NCBI GenBank assembly: GCA_964016885.1 | Contig: OZ024741.1 | Coordinates: forward strand, 252,588,001 to 252,652,000 | Origin: Eledone cirrhosa | Lineage: Eukaryota | Reading direction: 5' to 3' | Length of the DNA stretch: 64,000 bases | Shown: positions 28,724 to 42,019 of the stretch, piece after piece | Position numbering within the stretch: the first letter of the stretch is position 1 | Layout: every line of letters begins with the position of its first letter | Notes under the pieces: model-generated | Told to the model about the DNA's origin: nothing | Database searches by the model: none | What the model saw: the letters and a program-made list of their open reading frames with translations, nothing else | Program-made: the position numbers and the translations under genes

Positions 28724-28966
28724 GGCTGAGATAGGGTTCACATCTGTATATGATTTCAAGGGTGCATAAAACCCTAAGCCAAATCTACTGACAGAAGCTG
28801 GTCCTCAATTGTGACAGTTATAGTGTTATACATCAGTACATACAGCTCTACTCTTCATCGCTGTCTTATCAGCATGTTAGAAAAGATACCATAAACATTA
28901 GCTGGCTGATTAAATGTCTAAATAGCCATGTTGAAATGTTGTCTTCATTAGGATGTCTTTTGTTTC

Positions 28967-28999
<33 letters not shown>

Positions 29000-29092
29000 A
29001 TATACGTGTGTGTTTTTTTTGTATATATGTAAATATATATTTGTGTATATTATATATATATATATATGTATATAAATGTGTGTGTATAAATT

Positions 29093-29124
<32 letters not shown>

Positions 29125-29125
29125 C

Positions 29126-29200
<75 letters not shown>

Positions 29201-29229
29201 ATACATATATATACATATCTATATATACA

Positions 29230-29293
<64 letters not shown>

Positions 29294-29297
29294 TATG

Positions 29298-29349
<52 letters not shown>

Positions 29350-29365
29350 CATATCTATATATACA

Positions 29366-29430
<65 letters not shown>

Positions 29431-29832
29431 TCATCATCATCATCATCGTTTAACGTCTGTGTTCCACCCTTGCTTGGGTTATATATATATATATACACAC
29501 ACGCACCATAAAGATAGCATTGTAATAATCTGGAAACGTGATAATCTCATTATTAGACTTGCTGCCTGAATATTTGAATTAATCCACTGACAATAATGAA
29601 ACACTATGACAACAGTCACAAATATCAACAGGATTCTCAATTAAAACATTCAAAGATGAAGATTACAATGTCAGTAATAATCCTTGTCTTGAAATGAAAT
29701 ACCTCTCGCAGTTGAGAACTTTGCTAAATATATGAACACTCACTCACATGTACTGGCACCCATATATACATACAGATACACATGCATAAACATGCACCGA
29801 TATATAGTTACACACACACACACACATATATA

Positions 29833-29911
29833 TTGGTGTCCCCAAAAATGTTTACACTCTTTGATTAGAATGTTGTTGAAGTGTGAGTACATTTTTGGGG
29901 GATACCCTTTA
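29833..29911. mobile_element. Decayed ~80 bp Tc1-type MITE/hairpin
   Basis: GGTGTCCCCAAAAATGT..ACACT ... AGTGTGAGTACATTTTTGGGGGATACC inverted arms, TA-flanked. Confidence 0.55.
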
Positions 29912-30205
29912 GATACACGTACATAAACACACACACATATATATATGGGCATACATACACACATACACACTTACATACATTCATGCATGCATACAAAATC
30001 AAAATACCATCAATGATAATAAGTCTACAAATAGCTGAAAAGTGAAGGGTAAAAATAGTTAAAAGATATCCTTAGTGAAACGTTCCAAACAGAAATTAAT
30101 CAGTGTATGAAACTTTCTCTATCTCTCTCACAAAAAAAGGACATAAAATGACAATATTAAACAAGAAACCAAATAATGAAATTCTGCCAATTATGACAAA
30201 TTAAA

Positions 30206-30592
30206 TGGAGGCACATGGCTTAGTGGTTAGCCTTGCAATCGAAAGGTTTTGATTTCAATTCTCAGACCGGGTGATGTGTTGTTTCCTTGAGCAAGACACT
30301 TTATTTCACATTGCTCTAGTTTACTCAGCTGTAGAAATGAGATGATGGGGACTGGGGTCCATATCATTCCACTGTAAAGTGGACGTGGAGGTGCCGTGGC
30401 AAAAAAGCACCCAGCCCACACTGTAAAGTGGACGTGTAGGTGCCACGGAAAAAAAAAGCACCCAGCACTCACTGTAAATGAGGTTGGTGTTAGGAAGGGC
30501 ATCCAGCTGTAGAAATCAAGCCAGAATCAGTTCCCGTCCGACCCTTGCAAGCAGGGAAAAGTGGACGTAAATTGATGATGAAAATGATGATA
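30206..30592 (+). mobile_element. SINE family B, near full length
   Basis: tRNA-like head GGAGGCACATGGCTTAGTGGTTAG (A-box), TTCAATTCTC (B-box), CORE-like CCTTGAGCAAGACACTT, RTE-like tail and (GAT)n. Confidence 0.88.
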
Positions 30593-31229
30593 AAGCCCCT
30601 ACATTTTGTCAAGTTACCGTCAGTCTATATGCTGTAGTAATGACAATGAAGCATCATCATGGTGATAAGGAAGATATTAACAGAAACATAACTGTTCAAA
30701 AAATATTAAGCTATATTTCAAAAATAGAAAAAAAAGATCGCTGACCTACAACAAACTATCAGCCACGAGAGAATGTTTATCATATGTAAACAAAAACAAA
30801 AAACTACACTCTTCAACAACGAAAAGTGAAAAGTATAAATGATGTTTGGTGAAAGTACAAGCAGAATTCTTCAATATAAGTTGATCACCTTCAAGCAAGA
30901 AATATATGTGGAGACATGTGCCTAACCAAAGGTGACCACACCTATTCACCATTGAGGTAAAGCTGGAGATGATGTAACCTCAGTGAATGTTTGCGCATCG
31001 TCAGTCATGGCTTGTCCAGTCTTCCACACAGTGGGTGTTAGCAGCAAGTAGACCACCTGACCATTGGCACTCATCCCTTCCACAAAAATCAAAATAGCAA
31101 ATGCTCCAGTGCAGTCAGATGTGAACCAGGATAAAGCATGACAGTCAGTTATCAATGATGGATGCAATGCACGTGTTAGCCATGTCTGCCAGAGCTATCA
31201 GAAGTAGTTCCTCTCAACCAATTTCTGGT

Positions 31230-31415
31230 CATTGGATTGGCAGTATCAGTAGAGGGTCAGACGCCATGCTTTCCAGCATAGTTACGTCCCTTTACGATCT
31301 GAGTTCAAATCCCGCCGAGGGTTGACTTTGCCTTTCATCCTTACGGGGTCGATAAAATAAAGTACCAGTAATGCACTGGGTAATTGCTGGCCTTATGCCT
31401 AAAGTAGAAACAATT
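31230..31415 (+). mobile_element. SINE family A inserted in the L1/Tx1 remnant
   Basis: Family consensus head to tail. Confidence 0.88.
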
Positions 31416-32124
31416 ATCTCATCCCAGTTTTTGCCCATTTTCAGGTCTGGACCAAAAAAGACCCTGAGCAATTTACTGATCCATCCATCCAGCACCCAGT
31501 GACACTGATAGACAGCCACAGGCTCACCAACTCTCCCTGGTTAATTTGTCTTACTGTTATTACTTCATATTTCCTGAGAGTGGTGCTAATCAACTGAATA
31601 TGTTTGCTGCTTGACAACACTACAGTGACATTGTCAACATATGCTGACATGGATCTCCCATATCTTAGTTTGCATGGGATACTTCTCAACATTTCCTATT
31701 TGTGTAGGAGTTACTTGAGAGTCAATATATACAACAGAGACAAGAGAGGAGAACCTTGGTGGACAAAGTGCATGATGTTGAATGGTTCTGAGATATGGCC
31801 ATTTAGAGCAAATGTTGCTGTGCATTGCAGGGTTCCATCCTCTGAAAACGGGCCCGAAGCTAGCTTCCCTGATGACTGTTGCCAGGTACTGATGGTCGAC
31901 ATTATCAAATATTTTTGATTGATCTAAGTTGATCAACACTACCAGGTTCCTTAGCCACCCTCTCTATGATGTATTACATAAGGAGGAGGTTTTTGTGGAT
32001 GTTCAGAATGATGTATGTATACACCTCCACTACCAGACCACTGACTATAAATGCCAACCTCATCACTAACACCTTGGCCAACATTTTTTACTCTGTGTTT
32101 AGCAGAGTTATGGGCTTGAACATA

Positions 32125-32126
32125 TA

Positions 32127-32165
<39 letters not shown>

Positions 32166-33260
32166 AATATTGTGTACAGTGCTCAGGTGCACTACGACTC
32201 ATCAAAAAGTGTATGTATAGTACATAGGGTAATGTACAAACGTCAGGAAAATGAACAGTGCACTAGTCATGATATACACATGTGTGCATGTGTATGGAAG
32301 GGGGACATCAGGTGTAGTTTTGGTGTATTTCGGGAAGCATGAGTGTTTTAAAGGATGCAGTGTCTCGGCAGCCAACAACTGACGCAGGCAGTTTGTTCCA
32401 TGCTTCAGCAACTCTGAGCGTGAAAAAATGTTTACGAAAGTCATAGGAGCTGTGCTGTTTTCTGATTTTGTAGGCATGTCCACGTGTGTTAGACACATGG
32501 AGATCAAAAAGGTGCTCAGGGTTGTTGTTGGCGAGATGGTTAATAACTTTGTGGGTGTTTACCAAGTCTATTGCCAGACGTCGGAGCTTCAATGAATCCA
32601 TGCCCAGGGAAGCAAGGTGTTCAGAGTATGGTAGGTGTCTGATGGAGGGTATGCGCTTGGTTGCGCGTCTCTGAACAGTTTCCAGGCGGTCAATGTTCTG
32701 AGCAAGATGGGGGTTCCAGACTGGTGATGCGAATTCCAAGTGTGGTCGTAACATAGCTGTATATAGTTTTAAATAGATGGCTGGAGAGTGGCTAACAAAG
32801 GTCTTGCTGAGTGATGCCAAGACACCCTCAGCCTTCTTGATAATCTTAGAGACATGCTTTGTCCAACGCAAATCGCTGCTGACAGTAATGCCCAGGTCAC
32901 GTTCACAAGAGGACTTCTTGATATCAGTGTTGTGGATGGAGTATGTGCACGCTGGATTTTTCCTCCCAAAATGCATGGTGGTACACTTGTCCACAGCCAG
33001 CTTCAGTTGCCAGTCTGTGATCCATTACTGCATTGTGTCCAGGTCTGATTGTAGGAAAGAGTTGTAGATTTCAGGATCAGTCCTTTTGATTTCAAGGTAC
33101 AGCTTGATGTCATCTGCATATTTCAGTACCATGGCATTCTGTAAGTTGGTATCTATGTCATTAATATATGCCACAAACAAAAGGGGACCAAGAACAGATC
33201 CCTGTGGTACACCAAATGACATTTCATATGGTGAAGAATGCTGTGCTAGAACCGTGACTG
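32125..33260 (-). mobile_element. CR1-clade LINE 3' portion with (TTA)n tail
   Basis: GVPQGSVLGPLLF, LKYADDIKL, RPHLEFASPVWNP, LETVQRRATK, TRGHAYK, FFTLRVAEAWNKLP; (AAT)n at 32125-32165. Confidence 0.92.
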
Positions 33261-33326
33261 AGAATGAAGGATTTCAACCAGTCGAAAAGATCATCCCTCA
33301 CACACATTGCAGAGAGTTTAATGAAA

Positions 33327-33706
33327 TTATTGTGTACAGTGCTCAGGTGCACTACAACTCATCAAAGGGGCATGTATAGTACATAGAATAATGTACAAAT
33401 GTCAGGAAAATGAACAGTGTACGAGTCATGAAATACATATGTGCGTGTGTATGGGGGGGGGGGGGACATCAGGTGTAGTGTTGGCGAATCACAGGAAGCA
33501 TGGAGGTTTTAAAGGATGCAGTGTCCCAGCAGCTAACAACTGATGCAGGTAGTTTGTTCCATGCTTCAACAACTCTAAGCGTAAAAAAATGTTTCCGAAA
33601 GTCATGGGAGCTGTGCTGTTTTCTGACTTTGTAGGCATGTCCACGTGTGTTAGACACATGGAAATCAAAAAGATACTCAAGGTTGTTGTTGGCAAGATGG
33701 TTAATC
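33327..33706 (-). mobile_element. Second, shorter CR1 3' end in tandem with the previous one
   Basis: SNTRGHAYKVRKQHSSHDFRKHFFTLRVVEAWNKLP and a 3'UTR homologous to 32165-32540. Confidence 0.88.
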
Positions 33707-33914
33707 TATATAGTCCCCTTGTTTGGATCCTTTCTTATCAGTGCCACCACCTTTCAGCTCTCAGAACTGGGAATTCTCCCATTCTGCTGCCAGTTGGCAT
33801 AGATGCCTGCTAAGATGTAGTACTGAAATCCATCCCTTGATTTAGCCCACTACTGCTCCGGAAAATTTTAGCAAAATTTTGCTGAAAAATCAAACACATC
33901 TTTGGTTCCAAAGG

Positions 33915-33954
33915 GTAGTAGTAGTAGTAATAATAGCGGTAGTTGTAATGGTAC

Positions 33955-34010
<56 letters not shown>

Positions 34011-34056
34011 CTAGTAGTAGTAGTAGTAATATTAGTAGTAGTAGTAGTACTGCTAA

Positions 34057-34097
<41 letters not shown>

Positions 34098-34101
34098 CTA
34101 A

Positions 34102-34133
<32 letters not shown>

Positions 34134-34180
34134 CTACTAATAGTAGTAGTAGTAATAGTAGTAGTAGTAGTAGTAGTAAT
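33915..34180. repeat. (AGT)n microsatellite
   Basis: Direct reading. Confidence 0.97.
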
Positions 34181-34279
34181 CCAATCATGTGTTCAAACAG
34201 AATTTTTATTTCTACAAATGAAGCAAAAACTAAAGCTAAGGATGGTTACATTGTTTTTCTATTTCAGTACTATTCCAGT

Positions 34280-34655
34280 ATCATCATCATCATCATCATC
34301 ATTTTACATCCGCTTTTCCCTGCTTGATTCTGGCTTGATTTCTACAGCTGGATGCCCTTCCTAACACCAACCTCATTTACAGTGAGTGCTGGGTGCTTTT
34401 TTTTTCCGTGGCGCCTACACGTTCACTTTACAGTGTGGGCTGGGTGCTTTTTTGCCATGGCACCTCCACGACCACTTTGCAGTGGAATGATATGGACCCG
34501 AGTCCTATCATCTCATTTTTACAGCTGAGTAAACTGGAGCAATGTGAAATAAAGTGTCTTGCTCAAGGAAACAACACATCACCCGGTCTGAGAATTGAAC
34601 TCACAACCTTTTGATTGCAAGGCCAATGCTCTAACCACTAAGCCATGTGCCTCCA
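34280..34655 (-). mobile_element. SINE family B, full length
   Basis: Reverse complement of 30206-30592; head GGAGGCACATGGCTTAGTGGTTAGAGCATTGGCCTTGCAATC. Confidence 0.88.
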
Positions 34656-35550
34656 TGTATATGGAGGTAAATCTGTATATTAGTTACAAGACTTAAAACT
34701 AAAGAAAACAAACGAAAAAATGATTTCCCTACATATAATAATGTCATTTCATTTCTTTCCTCAGAAATTTGAAAATGATTGAATCTACATAAAGCTGAGG
34801 AGAGGTATTGAGAGGAAGTATTCAAATGTTAGAATGTGTATTACAAGATGATTATATTGTTATGTTTGGGGATGGATATGTTCAGGATTGGATTTAAACT
34901 GGGGGGGGGGGGGGGAGGCTCATACACAAACAATTAGAATACACAGATCCTCCTCACCCCCAATTTTACATATCAAAGTTAGATTGCCGCAAGTAATTGC
35001 AATTGAAACATTATACATACAGGTATTAAATAAAAAAATTCTAACTATCCTAAAATTAAAAGTTCTGCTGAGGGCACAAACAAATGGCTAAGGCTGGAAG
35101 CCCCCTCCCCCTCATTAAATCTGGCCCTGGTACTGTTGCGAGTATTGCCAATAAAAAGAAACACACACACCATATGATTTTCACTTTTTCACTTTAGCTT
35201 TATTATTTGTTAGTTTGTCAAAGTTCTTTAGTCACACATTCTGTGGCCTTCTCAATGACTATCTGTTCTCTTTTGTGCCTCCTCTTCTTTCTAGTCTTAA
35301 TCTTTTATTCCATCTTGTCCTTTGCTTTGTGGTTCTAAGTGGATGGATGCTGTGGATGAGGAAGCCCAAGGAAAACTTGGGCAGAGGTGGCAGTGAAAGC
35401 TGATCTTAAGATGTTAAAAACATCATCAAGGAGATCCTCTTCCTCCACCACTACCACCACCACCTCCTCCTCCTCCTCCTCCTCCTCCTCCTCCCCCAAG
35501 AAAAACTCCAGAGTAACAAGACTCACTATTTAACCTTAATAAAATGTATG

Positions 35551-36778
35551 TCATCATCATCATCATCATCACTGTTTTACGTCCGTTCTTCCACGCTAGC
35601 ATGGGTTAGACGGGTTGTCCTGTTGTGGGCAGTGTCTGGTCGGCTGACCATGCTTTGCTCATACAGGAACTGATTCTGGCTTGATTTCTACAGTCGGATG
35701 CCCTTCCTAACACCAACCTCATTTACAGTGAGTGCTGGGTGCTTTTTCGTGGCGCCTACACGTCCACTTTACAGTGAGTGCTGGGTGCTTTTTTGCCGTG
35801 GCACCTCCACGACCACCTTCCAGTGGGAGGGTGTGGGGGCATATTGTCTATATGCTTCAGCTTGTACCCATGGGAGGTCGGGTACTCTGTATTACTGCGT
35901 GACACCAGAGGTCATGGTCGTGTGTCATCGCCTTTGAGAGGTGTAATTGGGTAAGGTCGGCTTTTATCACCTCATCCCAGGTCTTCTTGGGTCTCCCCAC
36001 TCCGCGGTTTCCATTGATTTCTAGTGCTCTGCGCTCTGCACCTTTTTATGCAGCTGTCATCCTTCATACGCATCACATGTTCATACCAACGCAACTGCCT
36101 CTCCTGCAGACAGCATTTGATTCCTCTTATGCTCAGTCTCTCTCTCAATTCATTTATGCTTTGTCGTTCGCGTATATTACTATTACACATCCATCGGAGC
36201 ATGCAGGCTTTGTTTCTCTCTAATCTACGTAAGTTTTCCACCTTCAGTGCCCAGGTCTCACTACCATGTAACATTGCTGTTCGGATACATGCATCATACA
36301 GTCTGCCTTTCATTTTGAGGGAGAAGCCTTTTGCAGCTAGCAGTGGTAGTAGTTCCCTAAACTTCTTCCATCCCGTTCTTACCCTAGTTATTGTACTTTC
36401 TGAACACCCACCTCCGCTGCTAATTCGGTCACCTAGGTAGCAGAATCTGTCTACTGTTTCTACAGAGCCCTCCCAGAGATTGGTGGTACTTGTTTCCTCT
36501 GGCTGTTTGCTGCTTGCTGTCCCAGCACAGCTGCTACATGTGAAGCCTACATTCTTAATTAAGCTTCCTGAGATCCCGCTACATCTCTTGTGTACCCATT
36601 GTTTGTATTTGGGGCAGAGAATGGAGTTCCTACCTACACCTTTCCTACATACTGAGCAAGGCCACTTTCCTGAGGGGATCTGGGTTCTGTTTCCTTGTTT
36701 ACTTACAAGCACCTTAGTCTTTGTCATGTTGACTTTGAGACCCTTTCTTTCTAGTCCCTGCTTCCAAGTTTGGAATTT
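35551..36778 (-). mobile_element. RTE LINE 3' portion (same family as 737-3195)
   Basis: KFQTWKQGLERKGLKVN..KWPCSVCRKGVG..FCYLGD..MLHGSETW..; near-identical 3'UTR and (GAT)n tail. Confidence 0.93.
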
Positions 36779-37399
36779 GGAAGTGTATATATATATATAT
36801 ACACATACACACCACCACCTCCGCCTCCTCCTTATCCTTATTTTCCTCTTTTGTTCCCTATGTGGAAAATTATGTGACAAGGGAGAGATCGCCATTTGTG
36901 AATGGTTGCCAACCTTGTCGCCGGCCTGCTCCCAGGTCAGGCCAGGCCCACGTCTGCTAACGATGATGACTCCTCATCTATAAAGGTGAAATAATACATT
37001 TCATCAACCTCTCTAGCAGCTCATCCATCTAACAACTGTTCAACAGAAGTTAAAATCCCACAGGTAACCAACATTATTCTCACAATTCATTGAATATTCT
37101 ATATTCTCTTAATCAGTCTAATAATTAGTAATCTTTTCTTTCAGCTGTTATAATTAATGCTATCGTCAATGCTGTCAGCCCATAATTGATTCCACACTAT
37201 GCTGGATTACCAATCCCACACTAATTCTTACAATAGAATTGTATGCACACAGCTGGCCTTAGAATCGATCCAACCAATGTCTTCTCTATACAAAAGCTAC
37301 ATATATAGAATGCAATGAAAAGATTCAACTAATGGCATTTTGTAATCACCACAGACACAACAAAGCCTCTCAGAAGTTAGATAATTAGAAATATAAAGC

Positions 37400-38230
37400 A
37401 ACACACAACACACACGGACACACATGCACATACACATACACACATGCACATACACATACACACAAGCACATACACACATGCACACATACATGGACACACA
37501 TGCACATACACACATGCACATACACATACACACATGCACATACACATACACACATGCACACATACATGGACACACATGCACATACACATACACACATGCA
37601 CACATACATGGACACACACATGCACATACACATACACACATATATACACACACTGGCATACACAGACACATAATGTATACAGTTACACATATAGGTATAC
37701 ACATCCACACAGACACACACACATGCATCCACATAGACATACATGCAAACACACACACACACTCATGCACATACACACATCCACATAGATACACATACAA
37801 ACACACACAAACACATCCACAGAGACACACATATGCACATTCATCCACCTACACACACACATACATTGACACACATACAAACACACACACACGCATACAC
37901 ACACACACACACTCATGTACATACACACATCCACATAGATACACATACAAACACACACAAACACATCCACAGAGACACACATATGCACATTCATCCACCT
38001 AGACACACACATACATTGACACACATACAAACACACACACACGCATACACACACACACACACTCATGTACATACACACATCCACATAGATACACATACAA
38101 ACACACACAAACACATCCACAGAGACACACATATGCACATTCATCCACCTAGACACACACATACATTGACACACATACAAACACACACACACGCATACAC
38201 ACACACACACACATGTATACACACATACAC
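37400..38230. repeat. CA-rich low-complexity block containing a 150 bp unit x3
   Basis: ATACATTGACACACATACAA recurs at 37861, 38011 and 38161. Confidence 0.9.
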
Positions 38231-38704
38231 AAGCAGTAAACCATCTATCTATGACAGACCATCCTACAGGTAACGACATGCAACCTTTAAATGTCAATAA
38301 ACGTGGAGGTCAATAATATAGATTTTCTTAAAAACATATCCGTTTCCGGAGTTAATTTGTCTTGACTTTACACATAGAATTGTTTCCTATTGACATATCT
38401 ATCTGGGGATATAGGGTCGTACCAAATATTCTTACCATGCTGGTAACATTTAATCAAAGCCATGCATTGTCATAGGTTTTCAAATTATCCAAGAGATTTA
38501 TAGTGACATATTATCAAACATTAGAGTTGTGGTTACTAAATTTTCTATTACCAAATGTCCCTGTTTTATTTAAATGAAATATTCTATGACCCTTCTAGTC
38601 CCTGCTTCAATTCCTCCCCTTTCCAGATGGGAATAACAATGAATAACAAAAGAGAAAAATGGTTATATTTAGAGAGATGGGTATTGAATATGTTTCATTA
38701 TGGT

Positions 38705-38897
38705 CAACGGTGGATTGGCAGTATCGGTAGAGGGTCGGATGCCATGCTATGACACATAGAGTTACGGCCCTTGCCATTCTGAGTTCAAAATCCCGCCGAG
38801 GTTAACTTTGCCTTTCATCCTTATGGGGTTGATAAAATAAAGTACCAGTAATGCACTGGGTAATTGCTGGCCTTGTGCCAAAAAGTAGAAACAATTA
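38705..38897 (+). mobile_element. SINE family A
   Basis: Family consensus head to tail. Confidence 0.88.
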
Positions 38898-40125
38898 TGT
38901 TCAATAGAATTATTGTTTTTAAAAAAGTGTTTGAAATGTTGAACTTAGCTCATGGACTTAGCTCATGGACTAACACAAGATAGAGAACTTCTGTATTAGA
39001 GTCTGGTGAAACTTCTTCATTTTCTTGAGTCATCCCTCTGTTGAATGTGAAGCATACATTTTGCATTTTTATAATGGCTAGTATAAATGTGGTTCACCAC
39101 ACCTGCATACTCCTAGATTTCTCCACTAACGGAAACAGTTGTGCCAGCCCATTGTTAAATTAATAGTCAATCATCTACAAAGCCACTAGTGTTCACAATG
39201 CCAAGGTCATCTAATTAAACTGATGATCATCACATGAGCTACAGCTTATGAGACAGACAGGATTTTTATCAAGACTTACTCCTCTAGATCAGACCTGTTC
39301 TGCTGGTGAAAAGCAACATCCTACACGAGGTGCTTCTGATATGTCTATCATAGGATAGTCTGATGAAACATCTTGTGGTATTCATTCTAGATCCTTATAA
39401 TCTAGGTTAAAATGCCCCTGAAGTCACCTTTGTCTTTTATGATTCCACAGACAATAAACAAAGTACAAGTCTAGTCTAGGGCACACACACATAGACATAC
39501 ACACACACATAGACATACACACACACAAAAACATGCATACACACATCCACATAGTCACAGAACACAAACTTATTTACATGCACACACACACACACACATA
39601 CACACATGCACACACAAATACACACATTCATACCATCACACACTGGCATACACAGAAACATGCACATACAAAATTACACATATCTACATAGACTCACACA
39701 CAAAAAGATACACATACACACATCTACATATTCACACCACACAAACTGACTCATATGCACACACATACACACATAAAGACACACTAAATCATCAATTTTA
39801 GGGTTTCTTTTAACCCTTTAGCATTTAAACTGGCCATATCTGGCCAGAATTCTCTCACCTCTTTCTGTTCAAACTGGCTGTAACTAGCTGCTCATATTGA
39901 CATTAAGGTATTGTTCTCAAATTAAATAACATCAAAATCTAGTAGATTTGATATTATGTGAGATAATTATGTAAGATAAAGTCTTAATGACAGAAATACC
40001 ATAGTACAGGGGCATGCAACAGGCAGCCCATGGGCAACAATCTGGCCCACCAGACTAGCTGCTCATATTGACATTAAGGTATTGTTCTCAAAATAAATAA
40101 CATCAAAATCTAGTAGATTTGATAT

Positions 40126-40347
40126 CTCTAGACGATCGACTTTCGTCAAATCGGACCGAGCGAACAATGTTTCCGTTGGTCTTTCCAATTGCTAATACTA
40201 TCTATCGGTCGCAACTCCAGGTAGAAGGAGCAACGTGAAATAAAGTGTCTTGCTCAAGGACATAACGCATCGCCTAGTCCAGGAATCGAACTCACAACCT
40301 TACGATTGCGAATCCAATTTCTTAACCACTCAGCCACACGCCTTCAC
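40126..40347 (-). mobile_element. tRNA/CORE-like SINE with a different 3' end, 11 bp TSD
   Basis: Head GTGAAGGCGTGTGGCTGAGTGGTTAAG..GAGTTCGATTCCTGG..CCTTGAGCAAGACACTT; TSD AGATTTGATAT at 40115 and 40348. Confidence 0.82.
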
Positions 40348-40410
40348 AGATTTGATATTATGTGAGATAATTATGTAAGATAAAGTCTTAATGACAGAAA
40401 TACCATAGTA

Positions 40411-40721
40411 CAGGGGCATGCAACAGGCAGCCTGTGGGCAACAATCCGGCCCACCAGACCAATCAGAGTGGCCTTCGATGACCATTTTTAATTTTTACCT
40501 TGTAGGCTTATTTAGAATTTTTTTTTGTAACCAGAGATTGATAAACTGTGCAAAAACACCAAATACCAAGTCTCACATTAATAAAACTAAATTATATTTT
40601 ATTTGTCTTTATTGTTTAAAAATGTATTCACAATGTATTTATGACTCAATTCACTGGTTTTTATTAGATTACATATTTTGTTCAAAAGTGGCTTGCCAAT
40701 AGAATATGTTGCACACCCCTG
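40411..40721. mobile_element. hAT-type MITE
   Basis: TIRs CAGGGGCATGCAAC / GTTGCACACCCCTG; perfect 8 bp TSD CCATAGTA at 40403-40410 and 40722-40729. Confidence 0.9.
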
Positions 40722-41084
40722 CCATAGTATATATAGAGTAATGTAAATGTTAAAGGGTTAAGGTGTGGTTTCTCAGAAATACAAGAGCTTCTCCTATGCC
40801 CACATCACTAGTCCATCTGAGACTCAATGTGGCATATGTCACACTAAACAACCTGATACCTAAGGGACATGATTGAACAGGCATATGATCCAAATCAGCC
40901 ATAGTCATCCATTTTTTTTCTTCTAATGTCTCATCAAACTATATTATCAAATGTGTCCTAAACCTCATCACCATCATCATCATGTTTTAGTGCATCTGAA
41001 CACTCATCATCATCATCATCATATATCTTGTAGTGCACCTAAACCTGTACACAATAATTTTCATTATTATTATTACTAGCAATG

Positions 41085-41470
41085 GTGGTGGATTGGCAGT
41101 ATCAGTAGAGGGTCAGACACCATGCTTTGCAGCACAGTTACGTCCCTTTACGAACTGAGTTCAAATCCCGCCGAGGTTGACTTTGCCTTTCATCCTTACG
41201 GGGTCGATAAAATAAAGTACCAGTAATGCACTGGGTGATTACTGGCCTTGTGCCTGAAATAGAAACAATTATTACTAGCGGGTGGATTGGCAGTATCGGT
41301 AGAGAGTCGGACACCATGCTTTGAAGCATAGAGGTACGTCCCTTTACGATCTGAGTTCAAATCCCGCCGAGGTTAACTTTGCCTTTCATCCTTACGGGGT
41401 CGATAAAATAAAGTGCCAGTAATGTACTGGGTAATTGCTGGCCTTGTGCCAAAAGTAGAAACAATTATTA
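41085..41470 (+). mobile_element. Two tandem SINE family A copies
   Basis: Heads at ~41085 and ~41278, separated by ATTATTACTAGC. Confidence 0.88.
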
Positions 41471-41476
41471 TTATTA

Positions 41477-42017
41477 CTAGCAGAAAAACCACCCTTCGGG
41501 TGGTTTTCTGCTAGTATGTGTAGTGTGTATATTGATATTATACGCAAGTATATATACATGTGACAATATACACAGAAATTGAACGAAGACTGTGTTACAC
41601 TGTCTTATGTAATCAGTAACGTAATCCATGATACATTAAAAAAAAACGATATTATATATAAACTTCATTAGGAGAAAATTAGTGACAGAAATATATGTAT
41701 GTTTATTTAAGTGATCGCCATCGGAAGTGATGACATTTGAAAATTTTAAAGAAGCGAATCTTTAAATAAACAATAAAATATATTTAATGAACAGCCACAA
41801 AATTTAGTAGATAAATTATGTAATATACCGCCGAGGTTAACTTTGCCTTTCATCCTTACGGGGTCGATAAAATAAAGTACCAGTAATGCACTGGGTAATT
41901 GCTGGCCTTGTGCCTAAAGTAGAAACAATTATTTATTCAAAGTAATCCAACTTATTTTACTAAGGGGATAAAAGATTATAAACTGTAAACAGTCCCAGTA
42001 CTTTATTATAGTTTAGA
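41477..42017 (-). mobile_element. Non-autonomous Helitron with partial SINE (41827-41932) inside
   Basis: Minus strand: A|TC 5' end at 42017, 3' CTAG|T at 41477 next to the hairpin CTAGCAGAAAAACCACCC-TTC-GGGTGGTTTTCTGCTAG; no TSD; second partial copy at 14269-14481. Confidence 0.75.
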
Positions 42018-42019
42018 TA

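Larger units (their letters stand above)
30880..33900 (-). pseudogene. Degenerate L1/Tx1-clade reverse transcriptase, split by SINE and CR1 insertions
   Basis: Pieces in order: IYANWQQNGRIP..LIRKDPNKG (33710-33800) | FKPITLLNTE*KMLAKVL (~32120), LINLDQSKIFDNVDHQYL, VHQGSPLLSLLYIL, MSAYVDNVTV (YADD-like), CC*HPLCGRL..MRKHSLRLHHL (~31000). Confidence 0.72.
39814..40757 (+). mobile_element. piggyBac-type MITE hosting nested hAT MITE, local duplication and SINE
   Basis: TTAA|CCCTTTAGCATT (39810) ... AATGTTAAAGGG|TTAA (40758-40761). Confidence 0.85.

Noticed and set aside
34600-34655. tRNA gene candidates (also 30206 and 40290-40347)
   Set aside because: tRNA-like heads continue into SINE bodies and lack a proper acceptor stem
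38434-38562. Minus-strand exon candidate with ATG|GTAAG donor
   Set aside because: Stops in all three frames; cannot be supported as coding
39215-39400. Two CTGATGA occurrences
   Set aside because: No stem II/GAAA/stem III arrangement downstream
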